A stretch of DNA of 64,000 nucleotides, taken from an uncultured Actinomycetes bacterium. Lineage in GTDB: Bacteria; Actinomycetota; JAICYB01. The notes below the pieces were generated by a model. The model was given only the letters and a program-made list of their open reading frames with translations. It did no database searches and had not been told where the DNA came from. Position 1 is the first letter of the stretch. Each line of letters begins with the position of its first letter. Below are positions 9,111-18,611 of the stretch, one piece after another. The stretch is taken from the NCBI GenBank assembly GCA_964560135.1, contig CAZLKN010000005.1, positions 18,731 through 82,730 of the forward strand, given 5' to 3'. The position numbers and the translations under genes were made by a program.

Positions 9111-10265
9111 ATGGGACCGCTCGAGGGTGTACGCGTCGTCGACTTCTCCCGGCTCGCTCCGGGACCCTACGGGTCGATGCTGCTGGCCGACATGGGCGCC
9201 GAGGTGATCCGCGTCGACCGGGCCCCCTTGGGATCGGCGGACATCCCCCGCTTCGGCGACGTGGTCGGCCGCGGGAAGCGCTCGGTGGCCCTCAACCTCA
9301 AGGACCCGCAGGGCCTGGAGGCCGCGCTGCGTCTGGTGGAGCGCTCGGACGTGCTCCTGGAGGGGTTCCGTCCAGGGGTGATGGAGCGCCTCGGGCTCGG
9401 CCCGGACGAGACCATGGCCCGCAACCCGCGCCTCGTGTACGCGCGGCTCACCGGCTGGGGACAGACCGGCCCCCTGGCCGACCGGGCCGGACACGACATC
9501 AACTACATCGCGATCTCCGGGGTGCTGTCGGCGATCGGACGGGCCGGTGAGCGTCCGGTACCGCCGGTGAACCTCGTAGGCGACTTCGCCGGCGGCGGCC
9601 TGCTGTGCGCGTTCGGGGTGGTCTGCGCGCTGCTGGAGCGAGAGCGCTCCGGCTCGGGCCAGGTCGTGGACGCCGCCATGGTGGACGGCGCCACCAACCT
9701 CATGTCGTTCTTCGCCGCGGCGATCCACGCCGGGCTGTGGGGTGAGCGCGGGACGAACATGCTCGACACCGGCGCCCACTTCTACGAGGTCTACGAGACC
9801 GCCGACGGCGGGCACATGTCGGTCGGCGCGATCGAGCCCCAGTTCTACGCCGCGCTGCTCGACGGCCTCGGGCTCGCCGACGAGGACCTGCCCCACCAGA
9901 TGGACCGCGACGCCTGGCCGGCGCTCAAGGAGCGGTTCGCGGAGATCTTCCGGACGAAGACCCGGGAGGAGTGGACGGCGATCTTCGAGGGACGCGACGC
10001 CTGCACCTATCCCGTCCTGGAACTCACCGAAGCGCCGGCACACCGGCACAACGCCGAGCGGCAGGCCTTCGTCGAGGGCGCCTTCGGGGTCGTCCAACCG
10101 GCCCCCGCACCGCGGCTGTCCCGGACCCCCGGCTCGCTGGACAAGCCTCCGCCCGAGCCCGGGGAGGCCACCCGCGAGGTGCTGGCCGAGCTCGGCTACG
10201 GCGACGACGAGATCGAGCATCTGGCGGCCGACGGGGCGGCCGCCTGGCCGGCCCCCGCACAGTGA
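9111..10265 (+). CDS. CoA transferase family III (CaiB/BaiF, alpha-methylacyl-CoA racemase-like)
   Basis: 384 aa; conserved N-terminal RVVDFS...GP motif and catalytic Asp region typical of CaiB/BaiF. Confidence 0.8.
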   Translation: MGPLEGVRVVDFSRLAPGPYGSMLLADMGAEVIRVDRAPLGSADIPRFGDVVGRGKRSVALNLKDPQGLEAALRLVERSDVLLEGFRPGVMERLGLGPDETMARNPRLVYARLTGWGQTGPLADRAGHDINYIAISGVLSAIGRAGERPVPPVNLVGDFAGGGLLCAFGVVCALLERERSGSGQVVDAAMVDGATNLMSFFAAAIHAGLWGERGTNMLDTGAHFYEVYETADGGHMSVGAIEPQFYAALLDGLGLADEDLPHQMDRDAWPALKERFAEIFRTKTREEWTAIFEGRDACTYPVLELTEAPAHRHNAERQAFVEGAFGVVQPAPAPRLSRTPGSLDKPPPEPGEATREVLAELGYGDDEIEHLAADGAAAWPAPAQ

Positions 10266-10912
10266 GCCTCCGCCACGCCGCGGTCTTCGTCCTCGTCGGC
10301 GCCGCCGCCTGCACCACAGCCGCCGAGCCGGTGAGCCACCGCGTGATCCATGACGTCGAGGTCGCAGAGACGGAGCCGTCCGTCCAGCCCACACCGGAGC
10401 CGACCCCAATCCCGATCGTCGACGTCGCCTACCGCGTGGAGGTGCACGTCGACGATGCCGACGGCTTCGCGGAACTCCTGGCGGACACCATGGCCGACCC
10501 GCGGGGGTGGATCCGGGCCGGGTACCGCCTCCGCGAGGACCCGGCCGCGCCGCACGTCGTCGTGCTCGCCGAGGGAGACGTCGTCGACGAGCTGTGCCAT
10601 CCCTACGACACGGGGGGCCGGTTCTCGTGCCAGAACGGGCCCGTGGTGGCGATCAACGCCGACCGCTGGCGCATCGGCGTCCCCCACTGGACGCTCGGCC
10701 TGGACGACTACCGCCGCATGCTCCTCAACCACGAGATGGGCCACCTCGTCGGACAAAGGCATGTGCCCTGCACCCCGGGACGCAAGGCGCCGGTGATGTA
10801 CCAGCAGTCCGGGAGCCTGCGCGGGTGCCTGGCCAACCCGTGGCCCCTGGACGGCGAGATCGCGGTCGCCGCCCGCCACGACCAACCGATCGCCCCCGGC
10901 TACGGCGAATGA
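10262..10912 (+). CDS. Lipoprotein with HExxH motif (DUF3152-like putative zinc metalloprotease)
   Basis: GTG start overlapping the CaiB stop (GTGA); signal/lipobox AAACT; HEMGH motif. Confidence 0.55.
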   Translation: MSLRHAAVFVLVGAAACTTAAEPVSHRVIHDVEVAETEPSVQPTPEPTPIPIVDVAYRVEVHVDDADGFAELLADTMADPRGWIRAGYRLREDPAAPHVVVLAEGDVVDELCHPYDTGGRFSCQNGPVVAINADRWRIGVPHWTLGLDDYRRMLLNHEMGHLVGQRHVPCTPGRKAPVMYQQSGSLRGCLANPWPLDGEIAVAARHDQPIAPGYGE

Positions 10913-10922
10913 GAGGAGACGC

Positions 10923-11975
10923 ATGGACCATCTGAGCGTTCTGCAGCGACTCTCCGAGGCGCTCGGCCCCCCGGGGTGGGAGGACGAGCCGCGCGAGGTC
11001 GTCCGCGAGATCGTGGAACCCCTCGCCGACGAGGTCCACACCGACGCCCTCGGCAACCTCATCGTCACCCGGCGCGGACGCCGCGACGACGTCGTCCTGC
11101 TCGATGCGCACCTCGACGAGGTCGCCCTGATGGTCAACCACGTGGAGGACGGCGGCTTCCTGCGCATCGCACCCCTCGGGGGCTGGGACCCCCGGGTGCT
11201 GCCCGCTCAGGCCGTCACCGTGATCACGCGTGACGGGGGCCGGGCCCGCGGCGTGGTGGGCACGCTTCCGCCGCACGTGCTGTCCGACGACGACCGCAAG
11301 AAGCCGGTGAGCCTCGACAGTCTCTTCGTGGACGTCGGTGCCTCGGGGCGGCAGGAGGTCGAGGCGATGGGCATCGAGGTCGGCTCGCCGCTCGTCCCCG
11401 CCTACGGCTTCGAGCGGATCGGCGACGACCTCGTGATGGGCAAGGCCTTCGACGACCGGGCGGGCTGCACGGTGGGCATCGGTGTCCTCGACGCGCTCCA
11501 GGGTAAGGATCTCGACGCGACCCTCGTGGTGGCCTTCGTCACCTCCGAGGAGGTGGGGCTGCGGGGTGCGCGCACCGCCGCCTACCAGGTGCGTCCCAAG
11601 GTCGCTTTGGCCCTGGAAGGCACGACCGCGGTGGACATCCCCGGCGTGGCCGGACCGAAGCGCGCCACCGCGCTGGGCTCGGGCCCGGCGATCACGATCG
11701 CCGACCGGTCGATGATCGCCTCCCGTCCGGTCGTCGCCCTCCTGGAGGAGCTGGCGGCCAAGGACGGCATCACCGTCCAGCGCAAGAGTCCGATGCTCGG
11801 GTCCACGGACGCCGGCGCGATCCAGACCACGGGGCCCGGTGCCCTGTGCGGGGTGCTCTCGGTGCCGTGCCGCTACATCCACACGCCGCTGTCGCTGCTC
11901 AAACCCGGCGACCTCGACGCCGCCGTCCGCCTCGCGACATCCTTCGCATGCCACGCCCACTCGCTCGTCGAATGA
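10923..11975 (+). CDS. M42 family aminopeptidase (FrvX-like)
   Basis: 350 aa; M42 metal-binding pattern (H..D, D..EE..G, HTP). Confidence 0.8.
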   Translation: MDHLSVLQRLSEALGPPGWEDEPREVVREIVEPLADEVHTDALGNLIVTRRGRRDDVVLLDAHLDEVALMVNHVEDGGFLRIAPLGGWDPRVLPAQAVTVITRDGGRARGVVGTLPPHVLSDDDRKKPVSLDSLFVDVGASGRQEVEAMGIEVGSPLVPAYGFERIGDDLVMGKAFDDRAGCTVGIGVLDALQGKDLDATLVVAFVTSEEVGLRGARTAAYQVRPKVALALEGTTAVDIPGVAGPKRATALGSGPAITIADRSMIASRPVVALLEELAAKDGITVQRKSPMLGSTDAGAIQTTGPGALCGVLSVPCRYIHTPLSLLKPGDLDAAVRLATSFACHAHSLVE

Positions 11976-11984
11976 GGAGGCCCC

Positions 11985-12827
11985 ATGGACAACGGTGACC
12001 TGAAGCGCGAAGCCTTCGACACCTGGACTTCCGTGGCCGCGGCCTGGGAGAAACACCAGGACACCCTCCGGGAGTTCAGCCAGGACGTCACCGACTGGAT
12101 CATCGACCGTCTCGAGCTCAAGAGCGGACAGACCGTCCTGGACGTGGGAGCCGGCCCCGGCGACCTCTCCGCGGCCGCGGCGAAGGTCGTCGGCTCCAAC
12201 GGCCGGGTGATCTCGACGGATCTCACACCCGCGATGGTGGAGGTCGCGCGCCGCACCGGCGAGCGGGCAGGTGTGGACAACGTCGAGTACCGCACGATGG
12301 ACGCCGAGGACCTCGACCTCGGGTCCTCGTCGGTGGACGCGGTGATGTCCCGGTTCTGCTACATGCTCATCCCGGACCCGGCCCGCGCGATCGCGGAGGC
12401 CAAGCGCGCGCTGCGCAAGCGCAAGCATCTCGCCTTCGCCGTGTGGGCGCCGCCGGAACGCAACCCGTGGGTGGTCGGCCTCGCCATGACACTGGTGGCC
12501 CGTGGGCTCATGCCGATGCGCGATCCCAGCGAGCCCGGCGGTGTGTTCTCCCTCGCCGACCCCGACCGCGTGCGGTCGCTCCTCGCCGACGCAGGGTTCG
12601 AGGAGGCGTTCCTCGAGGAGGTCCCCTATCCGTTCGTGTTCGACTCCTTCGAGGAGATGTGGGAGACGCTGACGGAGGTCTCGGGGCAGATCGCGACTGT
12701 CGTCGCGTCCCTCGACCAGGCCCTGGCCGGCGACGTCCGCGAGGAGGTACGCACCGCCTACGAGCAGTTCCGCACCGAGGACGGCTACGAGATCCCGGGC
12801 GAGGCTCTCTGCGTGGTCGCGCGGTAG
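11985..12827 (+). CDS. Class I SAM-dependent methyltransferase
   Basis: Motif I VLDVGAGPG; 280 aa. Confidence 0.8.
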   Translation: MDNGDLKREAFDTWTSVAAAWEKHQDTLREFSQDVTDWIIDRLELKSGQTVLDVGAGPGDLSAAAAKVVGSNGRVISTDLTPAMVEVARRTGERAGVDNVEYRTMDAEDLDLGSSSVDAVMSRFCYMLIPDPARAIAEAKRALRKRKHLAFAVWAPPERNPWVVGLAMTLVARGLMPMRDPSEPGGVFSLADPDRVRSLLADAGFEEAFLEEVPYPFVFDSFEEMWETLTEVSGQIATVVASLDQALAGDVREEVRTAYEQFRTEDGYEIPGEALCVVAR

Positions 12828-12836
12828 CCTGGAGGC

Positions 12837-13214
12837 GTGGATCCCGAAGCCATCCGACGCGGACGCCGGCGCGAAGCCGCGCTCAAGTGGGACCTGCGTG
12901 AGGCGACCGACGACGAGGAGGCGTGCCCGCCCGTCTGGGTCGACCTCCTCACCGAGGTCCGTCGCGGGGCGCAGGCCCTCCGGGATGAGGTCGCAGCCGA
13001 GACGCGACGCTTCACCGACGAGCCGGACATCCGCGTGGCGCTGGCCCGCCGTGAGCGGGCGGCGGCCCGGATCCGTGAGCGCACCGTCCACCACAACGCC
13101 CGGGTCCGGCGGCTCAACCTGCTCGCACCCCTGCCCCGTTTCCAGCGGGCCGGCCTCGACCCCGACGAGCTCCTGCGCCCCCTGTACGGGACGCTTCGGC
13201 AACCGAGTGCCTAG
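12837..13214 (+). CDS. DUF1992-like (DnaJ C28-related) small protein
   Basis: 125 aa, Arg-rich, conserved RRLNLLAPLP-like segment; GTG start. Confidence 0.45.
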   Translation: MDPEAIRRGRRREAALKWDLREATDDEEACPPVWVDLLTEVRRGAQALRDEVAAETRRFTDEPDIRVALARRERAAARIRERTVHHNARVRRLNLLAPLPRFQRAGLDPDELLRPLYGTLRQPSA

Positions 13215-13996
13215 CGGGGGATCCCCGGGGGCACCCTGCCCTCGGCCCCCTCGACCCGGGGGCCGGGCACCCCGCGGAACTCGTAGCGCAGCGGCGCCCG
13301 TCCGGGCTGCACGACCCAGCACCCACCGCTCTGAGCGCCGGTGACGGCCTCCATCACCGCGTCGGCGACGTCGTCGGGACGCATCAGCGGGAAGCCCGAC
13401 TCCTTGAGCATGCGGACGTTCTCCTCGCCCACGAGCGGCGTCTCCACGATCCCCGGGCACACCGCCTCGAAGGCGATCCCGTGGTCGGACACCCGGGGGC
13501 CGAGGGCCCGGACCAGACCCACCACGGCGTGCTTGGTGAGCCCGTAGATCGGATCGGGCGGGTAGGCGACGATCCCCGCCAGCGACGCCGTCGCGACGAT
13601 CGTCCCGCCGCCGGCGCGCTTCATCGCCCGGACGGCCTCCCTGGTCCCGAACACCACCCCGTCCACGTTGATCCCGACCACCCGGCGGTACTCCTCGTCG
13701 GTGAGCTCGTCGATCTCGGCGGTGCCGGTGCTCACCCCGGCGTTCAGGTACACGAGATCGAGTCCTCCCATGGCCTTCTCGGCGGCGGCGAAGGCCTCGG
13801 CGACCTCGGCGCTCCGGGAGACGTCACAGCGCGCGAAGGTACCGCCGACCTCGCCGGCGGCGGCGCGACCCGCCTGCTCGTTCAGGTCCACGACGGTGAC
13901 CGCGGCCCCCTCCTGTGCGAACCGCCGCACGGTGGCGAGCCCGATCCCCGACGCTCCTCCGGTCACCAGCGCACGCCGTCCCGCCAGATCCCCCAT
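13211..13996 (-). CDS. SDR family oxidoreductase
   Basis: TGGASGIG Rossmann motif, catalytic Y..K (YGLTKHAVVG); start taken at the internal ATG (MGDLAGRRALVTGG). Confidence 0.8.
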   Translation of the reverse strand: MGDLAGRRALVTGGASGIGLATVRRFAQEGAAVTVVDLNEQAGRAAAGEVGGTFARCDVSRSAEVAEAFAAAEKAMGGLDLVYLNAGVSTGTAEIDELTDEEYRRVVGINVDGVVFGTREAVRAMKRAGGGTIVATASLAGIVAYPPDPIYGLTKHAVVGLVRALGPRVSDHGIAFEAVCPGIVETPLVGEENVRMLKESGFPLMRPDDVADAVMEAVTGAQSGGCWVVQPGRAPLRYEFRGVPGPRVEGAEGRVPPGIPR

Positions 13997-14082
13997 GCCA
14001 GCCTCCCTTTCGACCGTGATCGTCCGCCGACGATATCCTCGCACCACGCACGACCGCGAACCGAGACGGGGGAGGCGAGCAG

Positions 14083-15588
14083 GTGCCCGACATCCTGGAC
14101 ATGATCGCGCAGGGCAACCCGGACAAGACCGCGCTCATCCAGGGCGACCGGTCGTGGACCTTCACCGAGATGAACGCGCGCGCCAACGCCCTGGCCCGGG
14201 GGCTGCAGAGCCTCGGGATCAGCGCCGGGGACAAGGCGATCTGGGTCGGTCCCAACCACGAGAAGGTGATCCTGTGGGGGCATGCCGCCCGCAAGCTCCA
14301 GCTCGTGAGCGTGCCGCTCAACTACCGGTTCACACCGGAGGAGATGGCCTACGTGATCGACGACTCCGATGCCCTGGTGGTCTTCTGCGATCCCGGGTAC
14401 CGCACGACGATCCTGGGTCTGGACACGCCGAAGGTGAAGCACGTCGTCGACTTCGACCAGGCCGACGAGCTGATCACCAACAATCCGGGAGAGCCCTTCG
14501 AGGAGGGCCCCGAGGGCCTGGGGGCCTCGATGATCTACACCTCCGGGACGACGGGCAAGCCCAAAGGCGCGGTGCGGCGCGGCGTCGACCTCGGCATGGT
14601 TGCCGCGCTCGTCGGAGAGCTGGAACTGCGTTCCGACGACGTCCACATCACCACCGGCCCCCTGTACCATTCGGGCCCGGCCGCCTTCGCGGGCCTCACC
14701 CACGTGCTCGGCGGAACCATCGTCATCCTGCCCCGCTTCGATCCGGAGACCTGGTTCGAGTTCGTCCAGCGCCACCGGGTGTCCACGACCTTCACCGCGC
14801 CCACCCAGATGAAGCGCCTCGTGAACGTCCCCGCCGAGGTCCGGGCCGGCTTCGACACCTCGAGCCTGCGGGTGGTGGTCGCCAACGCCGCGCCGGTCCC
14901 CTACTCCCTGAAGCAGCAATGGGTGGAGGCCTTCGGCGAAGGGCACCTGTTCGAGGTCTACGGCTCCACCGAGCTCGGTGTGGACACCGTCCTGCGCCCG
15001 GAGGACCAGCTCCGCAAGCCCGGCTCCTGCGGCAAACCCTACGGGCCCGTCGAGATCCGCCTGCTGCGCGATGACGGGACGCCCGCCGACGTCGGGGAGC
15101 CCGGTGAGATGTGGATCCGTTCTCCCAGTACCTTCGACGAGTACCACAACGCGCCCGAGAAGACCGAGGAGACCAGGCTCTCCGAGGATCCCGAGTGGCG
15201 CACCGTCGGCGACATCGCCTACCGCGACGAGGAAGGCTACCTCTACATCTGCGACCGCCGCAGCGACACGATCATCTCCGGCGGGACGAACATCTACCCC
15301 GCGGAGATCGAGTCGGTGCTGCACGGTCATCCCGCGGTGATGGACGCCGCCGTCTTCGGTGTCCCCTCGGAGGAGTGGGGCGAGCAGGTCCACGCGGTCG
15401 TGCAGCTCAAGGAGAACCAGGACGCCTCGGTGGAGAGCATCGAGGGTCACTGCCGCCAGCACCTCGCCGGCTACAAGATCCCGCGGTCCTTCGAGTTCCG
15501 CGACGGCCTCCCTCGCACCGAGTCGGGGAAGCTGCTCAAGCGGCTGCTCCGCGACGAACACTGGAAGGACCGCCCGTCGCGGGTCTGA
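14083..15588 (+). CDS. AMP-dependent acyl-CoA synthetase/ligase
   Basis: AMP-binding motif YTSGTTGKPKG; C-terminal GEQ...GK region. Confidence 0.85.
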   Translation: MPDILDMIAQGNPDKTALIQGDRSWTFTEMNARANALARGLQSLGISAGDKAIWVGPNHEKVILWGHAARKLQLVSVPLNYRFTPEEMAYVIDDSDALVVFCDPGYRTTILGLDTPKVKHVVDFDQADELITNNPGEPFEEGPEGLGASMIYTSGTTGKPKGAVRRGVDLGMVAALVGELELRSDDVHITTGPLYHSGPAAFAGLTHVLGGTIVILPRFDPETWFEFVQRHRVSTTFTAPTQMKRLVNVPAEVRAGFDTSSLRVVVANAAPVPYSLKQQWVEAFGEGHLFEVYGSTELGVDTVLRPEDQLRKPGSCGKPYGPVEIRLLRDDGTPADVGEPGEMWIRSPSTFDEYHNAPEKTEETRLSEDPEWRTVGDIAYRDEEGYLYICDRRSDTIISGGTNIYPAEIESVLHGHPAVMDAAVFGVPSEEWGEQVHAVVQLKENQDASVESIEGHCRQHLAGYKIPRSFEFRDGLPRTESGKLLKRLLRDEHWKDRPSRV

Positions 15589-15607
15589 CACCCGCGGGCC
15601 CACCCCG

Positions 15608-16060
15608 ATGCAGGAGCCGTCCAAACGTCTCGATCCTCGGATCCGCACCGTCTGGCGGGCGTCCGGTCTCCTCCAGGCTGCCGTCGTCTCGGCCGGGATC
15701 TTCGCCGCAGCCTCCGTCCTCGACGCTCCCACGGCCGCAGCGGTCGTCCTGTGCCTGATCCTTCTCGGCGCCGCTGTTATCGTCCCGCACCTCATGTACC
15801 GGCGCTGGCGCTACGAGATCCGTGAGCGCGACGTCTACCTCGCCAAGGGCTTCCTGTTCTCGCGCCACACCCTCGTCCCCTTCGACAGGATCCAGTACGT
15901 GGAGAACCGCCAGGGACCGCTGGACAGGCTCCTCGGCCTGACCCAGATCGTCGTCTACACCGCGGCGGGACCGTCGGGACGCATCCCCGGTCTGGCCTTC
16001 GCCGAGGCGGAGGCGATGCGAGAGGAGCTCGCGAAGGTTGCCGGAACCAGCAGCGTCTGA
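15608..16060 (+). CDS. Bacterial PH-domain membrane protein (YdbS-like, bPH_2)
   Basis: About 150 aa, two N-terminal TM helices then PH-like domain; ATG at 15608. Confidence 0.6.
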   Translation: MQEPSKRLDPRIRTVWRASGLLQAAVVSAGIFAAASVLDAPTAAAVVLCLILLGAAVIVPHLMYRRWRYEIRERDVYLAKGFLFSRHTLVPFDRIQYVENRQGPLDRLLGLTQIVVYTAAGPSGRIPGLAFAEAEAMREELAKVAGTSSV

Positions 16061-17459
16061 GCTCACGCGGCTGCATCCGTCCGCGCTGGCCATGCGCCTG
16101 CTCGAGAACGTCCGCATCTGGACGGTGGGGGCCTTCGCGGTCATCGTCGGCTTCGAGGTCAGGGTGGTGCCGGTGATCCTGCTGGCCGCGGTGCTCGCCG
16201 TAGGCGCGGCGGTGGCCGACTTCCTCCGGTTCCGCTACGGGATCGGCGAGGACGTCCTGCTCGTCGAAGGCGGCGTCCTCGTCCGGTGGCGCCGCCTCGT
16301 CCCGTTGGAGCGGGTGCAGTCCGTCGAGATCCTCCAGCGGCTGCGCCACCGCCTGTTCGGCGTGGTCGAGCTCCGGGTCGAGGCAATCGGAGGCACCAGG
16401 GCCGAAGGGAGACTCGTCGCCCTTCACCCGGCGGAGGCGGAGCGGCTCCGCCGGCACATCCTCGAACGCAGCCGGCTGGCCGGGGAGGACGAAACCCCCG
16501 GAGCGCCCTCGCTGCTCCAGCTAGAACCAGCCGACCTCCTCGTCTACGGGATCACCGGGGGCCGGGTCGCCGTCCTCGCGGCCATCCTGGCCAACATCCA
16601 GCAGTTCTTCCCCGAGAACGTCGCCGAACGGATCGAGGAGGTCGTTGCGGGCATCCCCGTCCGGACCCTTGTGATCGTCGTCATGCTCCTCGTGGTGGCC
16701 GTCCTGCTCGTCTCCGCCGCGCTGTCGGTCGTGGCGACGGTGCTCGTGTTCTGGGGCTTCACCCTGCGCCGCGACGGCGACCGCCTCGTGGTGACCCGCG
16801 GACTCCTGGCCCGGCGGCGCTACCTCGTGCCCCTCCGGCGCGTCCAGGCGGTCGAGCTCCGCGAGAATCTGCTCCGCCGGATGCTCGGGCTGGCCTCGCT
16901 CACCGTCAAGGTCGCCGGCCAGACCGGGAGCAGCACCGACGTGGAGCGGTCCGGTGTGGTCGTGCCGATCGGACGCCGGGCCGCCGTGCTGGACGTGGCG
17001 ACGCTGGCGCTGGGGGCCCGGTTCGGAGACGAGCCGCTCCTCCCGGCCCCCCGGGGGGCGCTGGCGCGACGGCTCGCCGGCGTGGGCGTCGCCGTGTCCC
17101 TGGCCGTGGGACTCACCGCCGCCTACGCCGGGACGTGGGGCCTGGCCGTCGCGCTGGCCTACCCACTCGGAGCCGCCTACGCCGTCGCCTCGTGGCGTGC
17201 CCTCGGACATGCGATCGCCCCCGGCCACGTGGTGGTCAGATCCGGGGTGTTGGAACGCCGGACCGTGTTCGTGCGGATCCCGAACATCCAGTGCGTCCGG
17301 GTGCACGTCGGACCCACACAGCGCCCCTTCGGGGTGGCGAGCCTCGAGCTGCCTCCCGCGGAGGGCGCGGCGGTCGCCCGCGATCTGGCCATACCGACGG
17401 CGCGGGACCGTTTCGCGACACTCGCGGCGCGGATCCTGGAGGACCGGCCCCCGGACTGA
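16038..17459 (+). CDS. YdbT-like membrane protein with three bPH_2 repeats
   Basis: 473 aa; N-terminal RLHP motif, repeated TM-pair + PH-like modules; TTG start; overlaps the upstream gene by 23 nt. Confidence 0.6.
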   Translation: MPEPAASELTRLHPSALAMRLLENVRIWTVGAFAVIVGFEVRVVPVILLAAVLAVGAAVADFLRFRYGIGEDVLLVEGGVLVRWRRLVPLERVQSVEILQRLRHRLFGVVELRVEAIGGTRAEGRLVALHPAEAERLRRHILERSRLAGEDETPGAPSLLQLEPADLLVYGITGGRVAVLAAILANIQQFFPENVAERIEEVVAGIPVRTLVIVVMLLVVAVLLVSAALSVVATVLVFWGFTLRRDGDRLVVTRGLLARRRYLVPLRRVQAVELRENLLRRMLGLASLTVKVAGQTGSSTDVERSGVVVPIGRRAAVLDVATLALGARFGDEPLLPAPRGALARRLAGVGVAVSLAVGLTAAYAGTWGLAVALAYPLGAAYAVASWRALGHAIAPGHVVVRSGVLERRTVFVRIPNIQCVRVHVGPTQRPFGVASLELPPAEGAAVARDLAIPTARDRFATLAARILEDRPPD

Positions 17460-17464
17460 ACTCC

Positions 17465-18076
17465 TCAGGGAGCGTCGAGGAACTCCACCAGGCCGGTCTC
17501 CAGCGAGTACTCGGCCCCCACGATCAGGAGCCCGTCACTGCGGATCAGACGCTCGAGGAGCTCAGAGCCCCGACGCAGATCGTCCACCGAGGCGAGAACG
17601 TTCGCCCGGACCGCACGGCGCAGCAGCGCCTCATCGTCCTCGGGCCCGGAGGCGAGCAGCGGCTCGACCGCCGGCCGGATGCGGTCCACGATCGATCGCA
17701 GGCCCGCCGAACGGTGCTCCGAGGCTCGCCGCAGTTCCTCCAGCGTGGCCGCGACCGCCCCGCACCGCGTGTGGCCGAGCACGACCACGAGACGCGTCCC
17801 GAACCGGTCCGCCGCGAACTCCACGCTGCCGATATGGGACGGTGCGACGATGTTCCCGGCGACACGGATCACGAAGAGCTCGCCGAGCCCCTGGTCGAAC
17901 ACCAGCTCCACGGGCACGCGCGAGTCCGAACAACCGAGCACGACGGCGAACGGCTCCTGCTTGCCGACCAGATCCGACCGGCGCGCGAGGCTCTGCGCGG
18001 CCTGCAGGTCGACACCGGACACCGCCCGGCGATTGCCCTCCCGCAGCCGTTCGAGAGCGTCCCTCGCGTCCATCAT
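17465..18076 (-). CDS. Beta-class carbonic anhydrase
   Basis: CSDSR and HTRCGA zinc-ligand motifs. Confidence 0.85.
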   Translation of the reverse strand: MMDARDALERLREGNRRAVSGVDLQAAQSLARRSDLVGKQEPFAVVLGCSDSRVPVELVFDQGLGELFVIRVAGNIVAPSHIGSVEFAADRFGTRLVVVLGHTRCGAVAATLEELRRASEHRSAGLRSIVDRIRPAVEPLLASGPEDDEALLRRAVRANVLASVDDLRRGSELLERLIRSDGLLIVGAEYSLETGLVEFLDAP

Positions 18077-18086
18077 GGAGGCGAGC

Positions 18087-18611
18087 CTACCCCAGGGCGG
18101 ACACGAAGACCGCCAGGTCCTCGTCACTCCACAACACGAAACGGACCAGCCGGAGGCTCGCCAGCTTCGGCGCCTCCTCGATCACGGTGCGGATCGCCAC
18201 CTCGGCGCCTTCGTCGATCGGGTAGCCGAACGCGCCCGTGGAGATCGCCGGGAAGGCCACCGACCCGAGGTCGTTCTCCTCGGCGCGCCGGAGCGACTCG
18301 CGGTAGGCGGAGGCGAGCTCCCGCTCCGGGTCCGGCGAACTGCCGTAGACGGGACCGAGGGCGTGGATGCAGAACCGGTTCGGCAGGTCGAACCCCAGCG
18401 TGATGACCGCCTCGCCGGTCCGGATGGGCGCCAGCGGCAGGCATGCCTCGTGGAGCCGCGGGCCGGCTTTGCGGTGGATCGCTCCGGCCACGCCCCCGCC
18501 GGGGGCGAGCTGGGCGTTGGCGGCGTTCACCACCGCGTCGACCTCCGGCTGGCTGGCGATGTCGCCTCTGACGCACTCGATGCGCAGGCCGGCGACCGTG
18601 TGCGTCGTCAT
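18087..18611 (-). CDS. Macro domain protein (O-acetyl-ADP-ribose deacetylase, YmdB/MacroD-like)
   Basis: 174 aa; VVNAAN, GGGV and ISTG(A)FGYP motifs; ATG overlaps the kgd stop (ATGA). Confidence 0.8.
   Translation of the reverse strand: MTTHTVAGLRIECVRGDIASQPEVDAVVNAANAQLAPGGGVAGAIHRKAGPRLHEACLPLAPIRTGEAVITLGFDLPNRFCIHALGPVYGSSPDPERELASAYRESLRRAEENDLGSVAFPAISTGAFGYPIDEGAEVAIRTVIEEAPKLASLRLVRFVLWSDEDLAVFVSALG

Noticed and set aside
9039-10409. N-terminal 450 aa of the 932-aa minus ORF
   Set aside because: Composition is Arg/Gly/Pro junk, and a clean CaiB/BaiF gene occupies the plus strand. The real gene starts at the ATG at 9038, which has a GGGAGGA RBS.
10725-13460. 911-aa minus ORF
   Set aside because: Antisense to M42 peptidase, methyltransferase and DUF1992 genes. 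Arg/Gly/Asp-rich shadow ORF.
13963-18403. 610-aa minus ORF (13963..15795) and 705-aa plus ORF (16286..18403)
   Set aside because: Antisense shadows of the acyl-CoA synthetase, YdbT-like and carbonic anhydrase genes.
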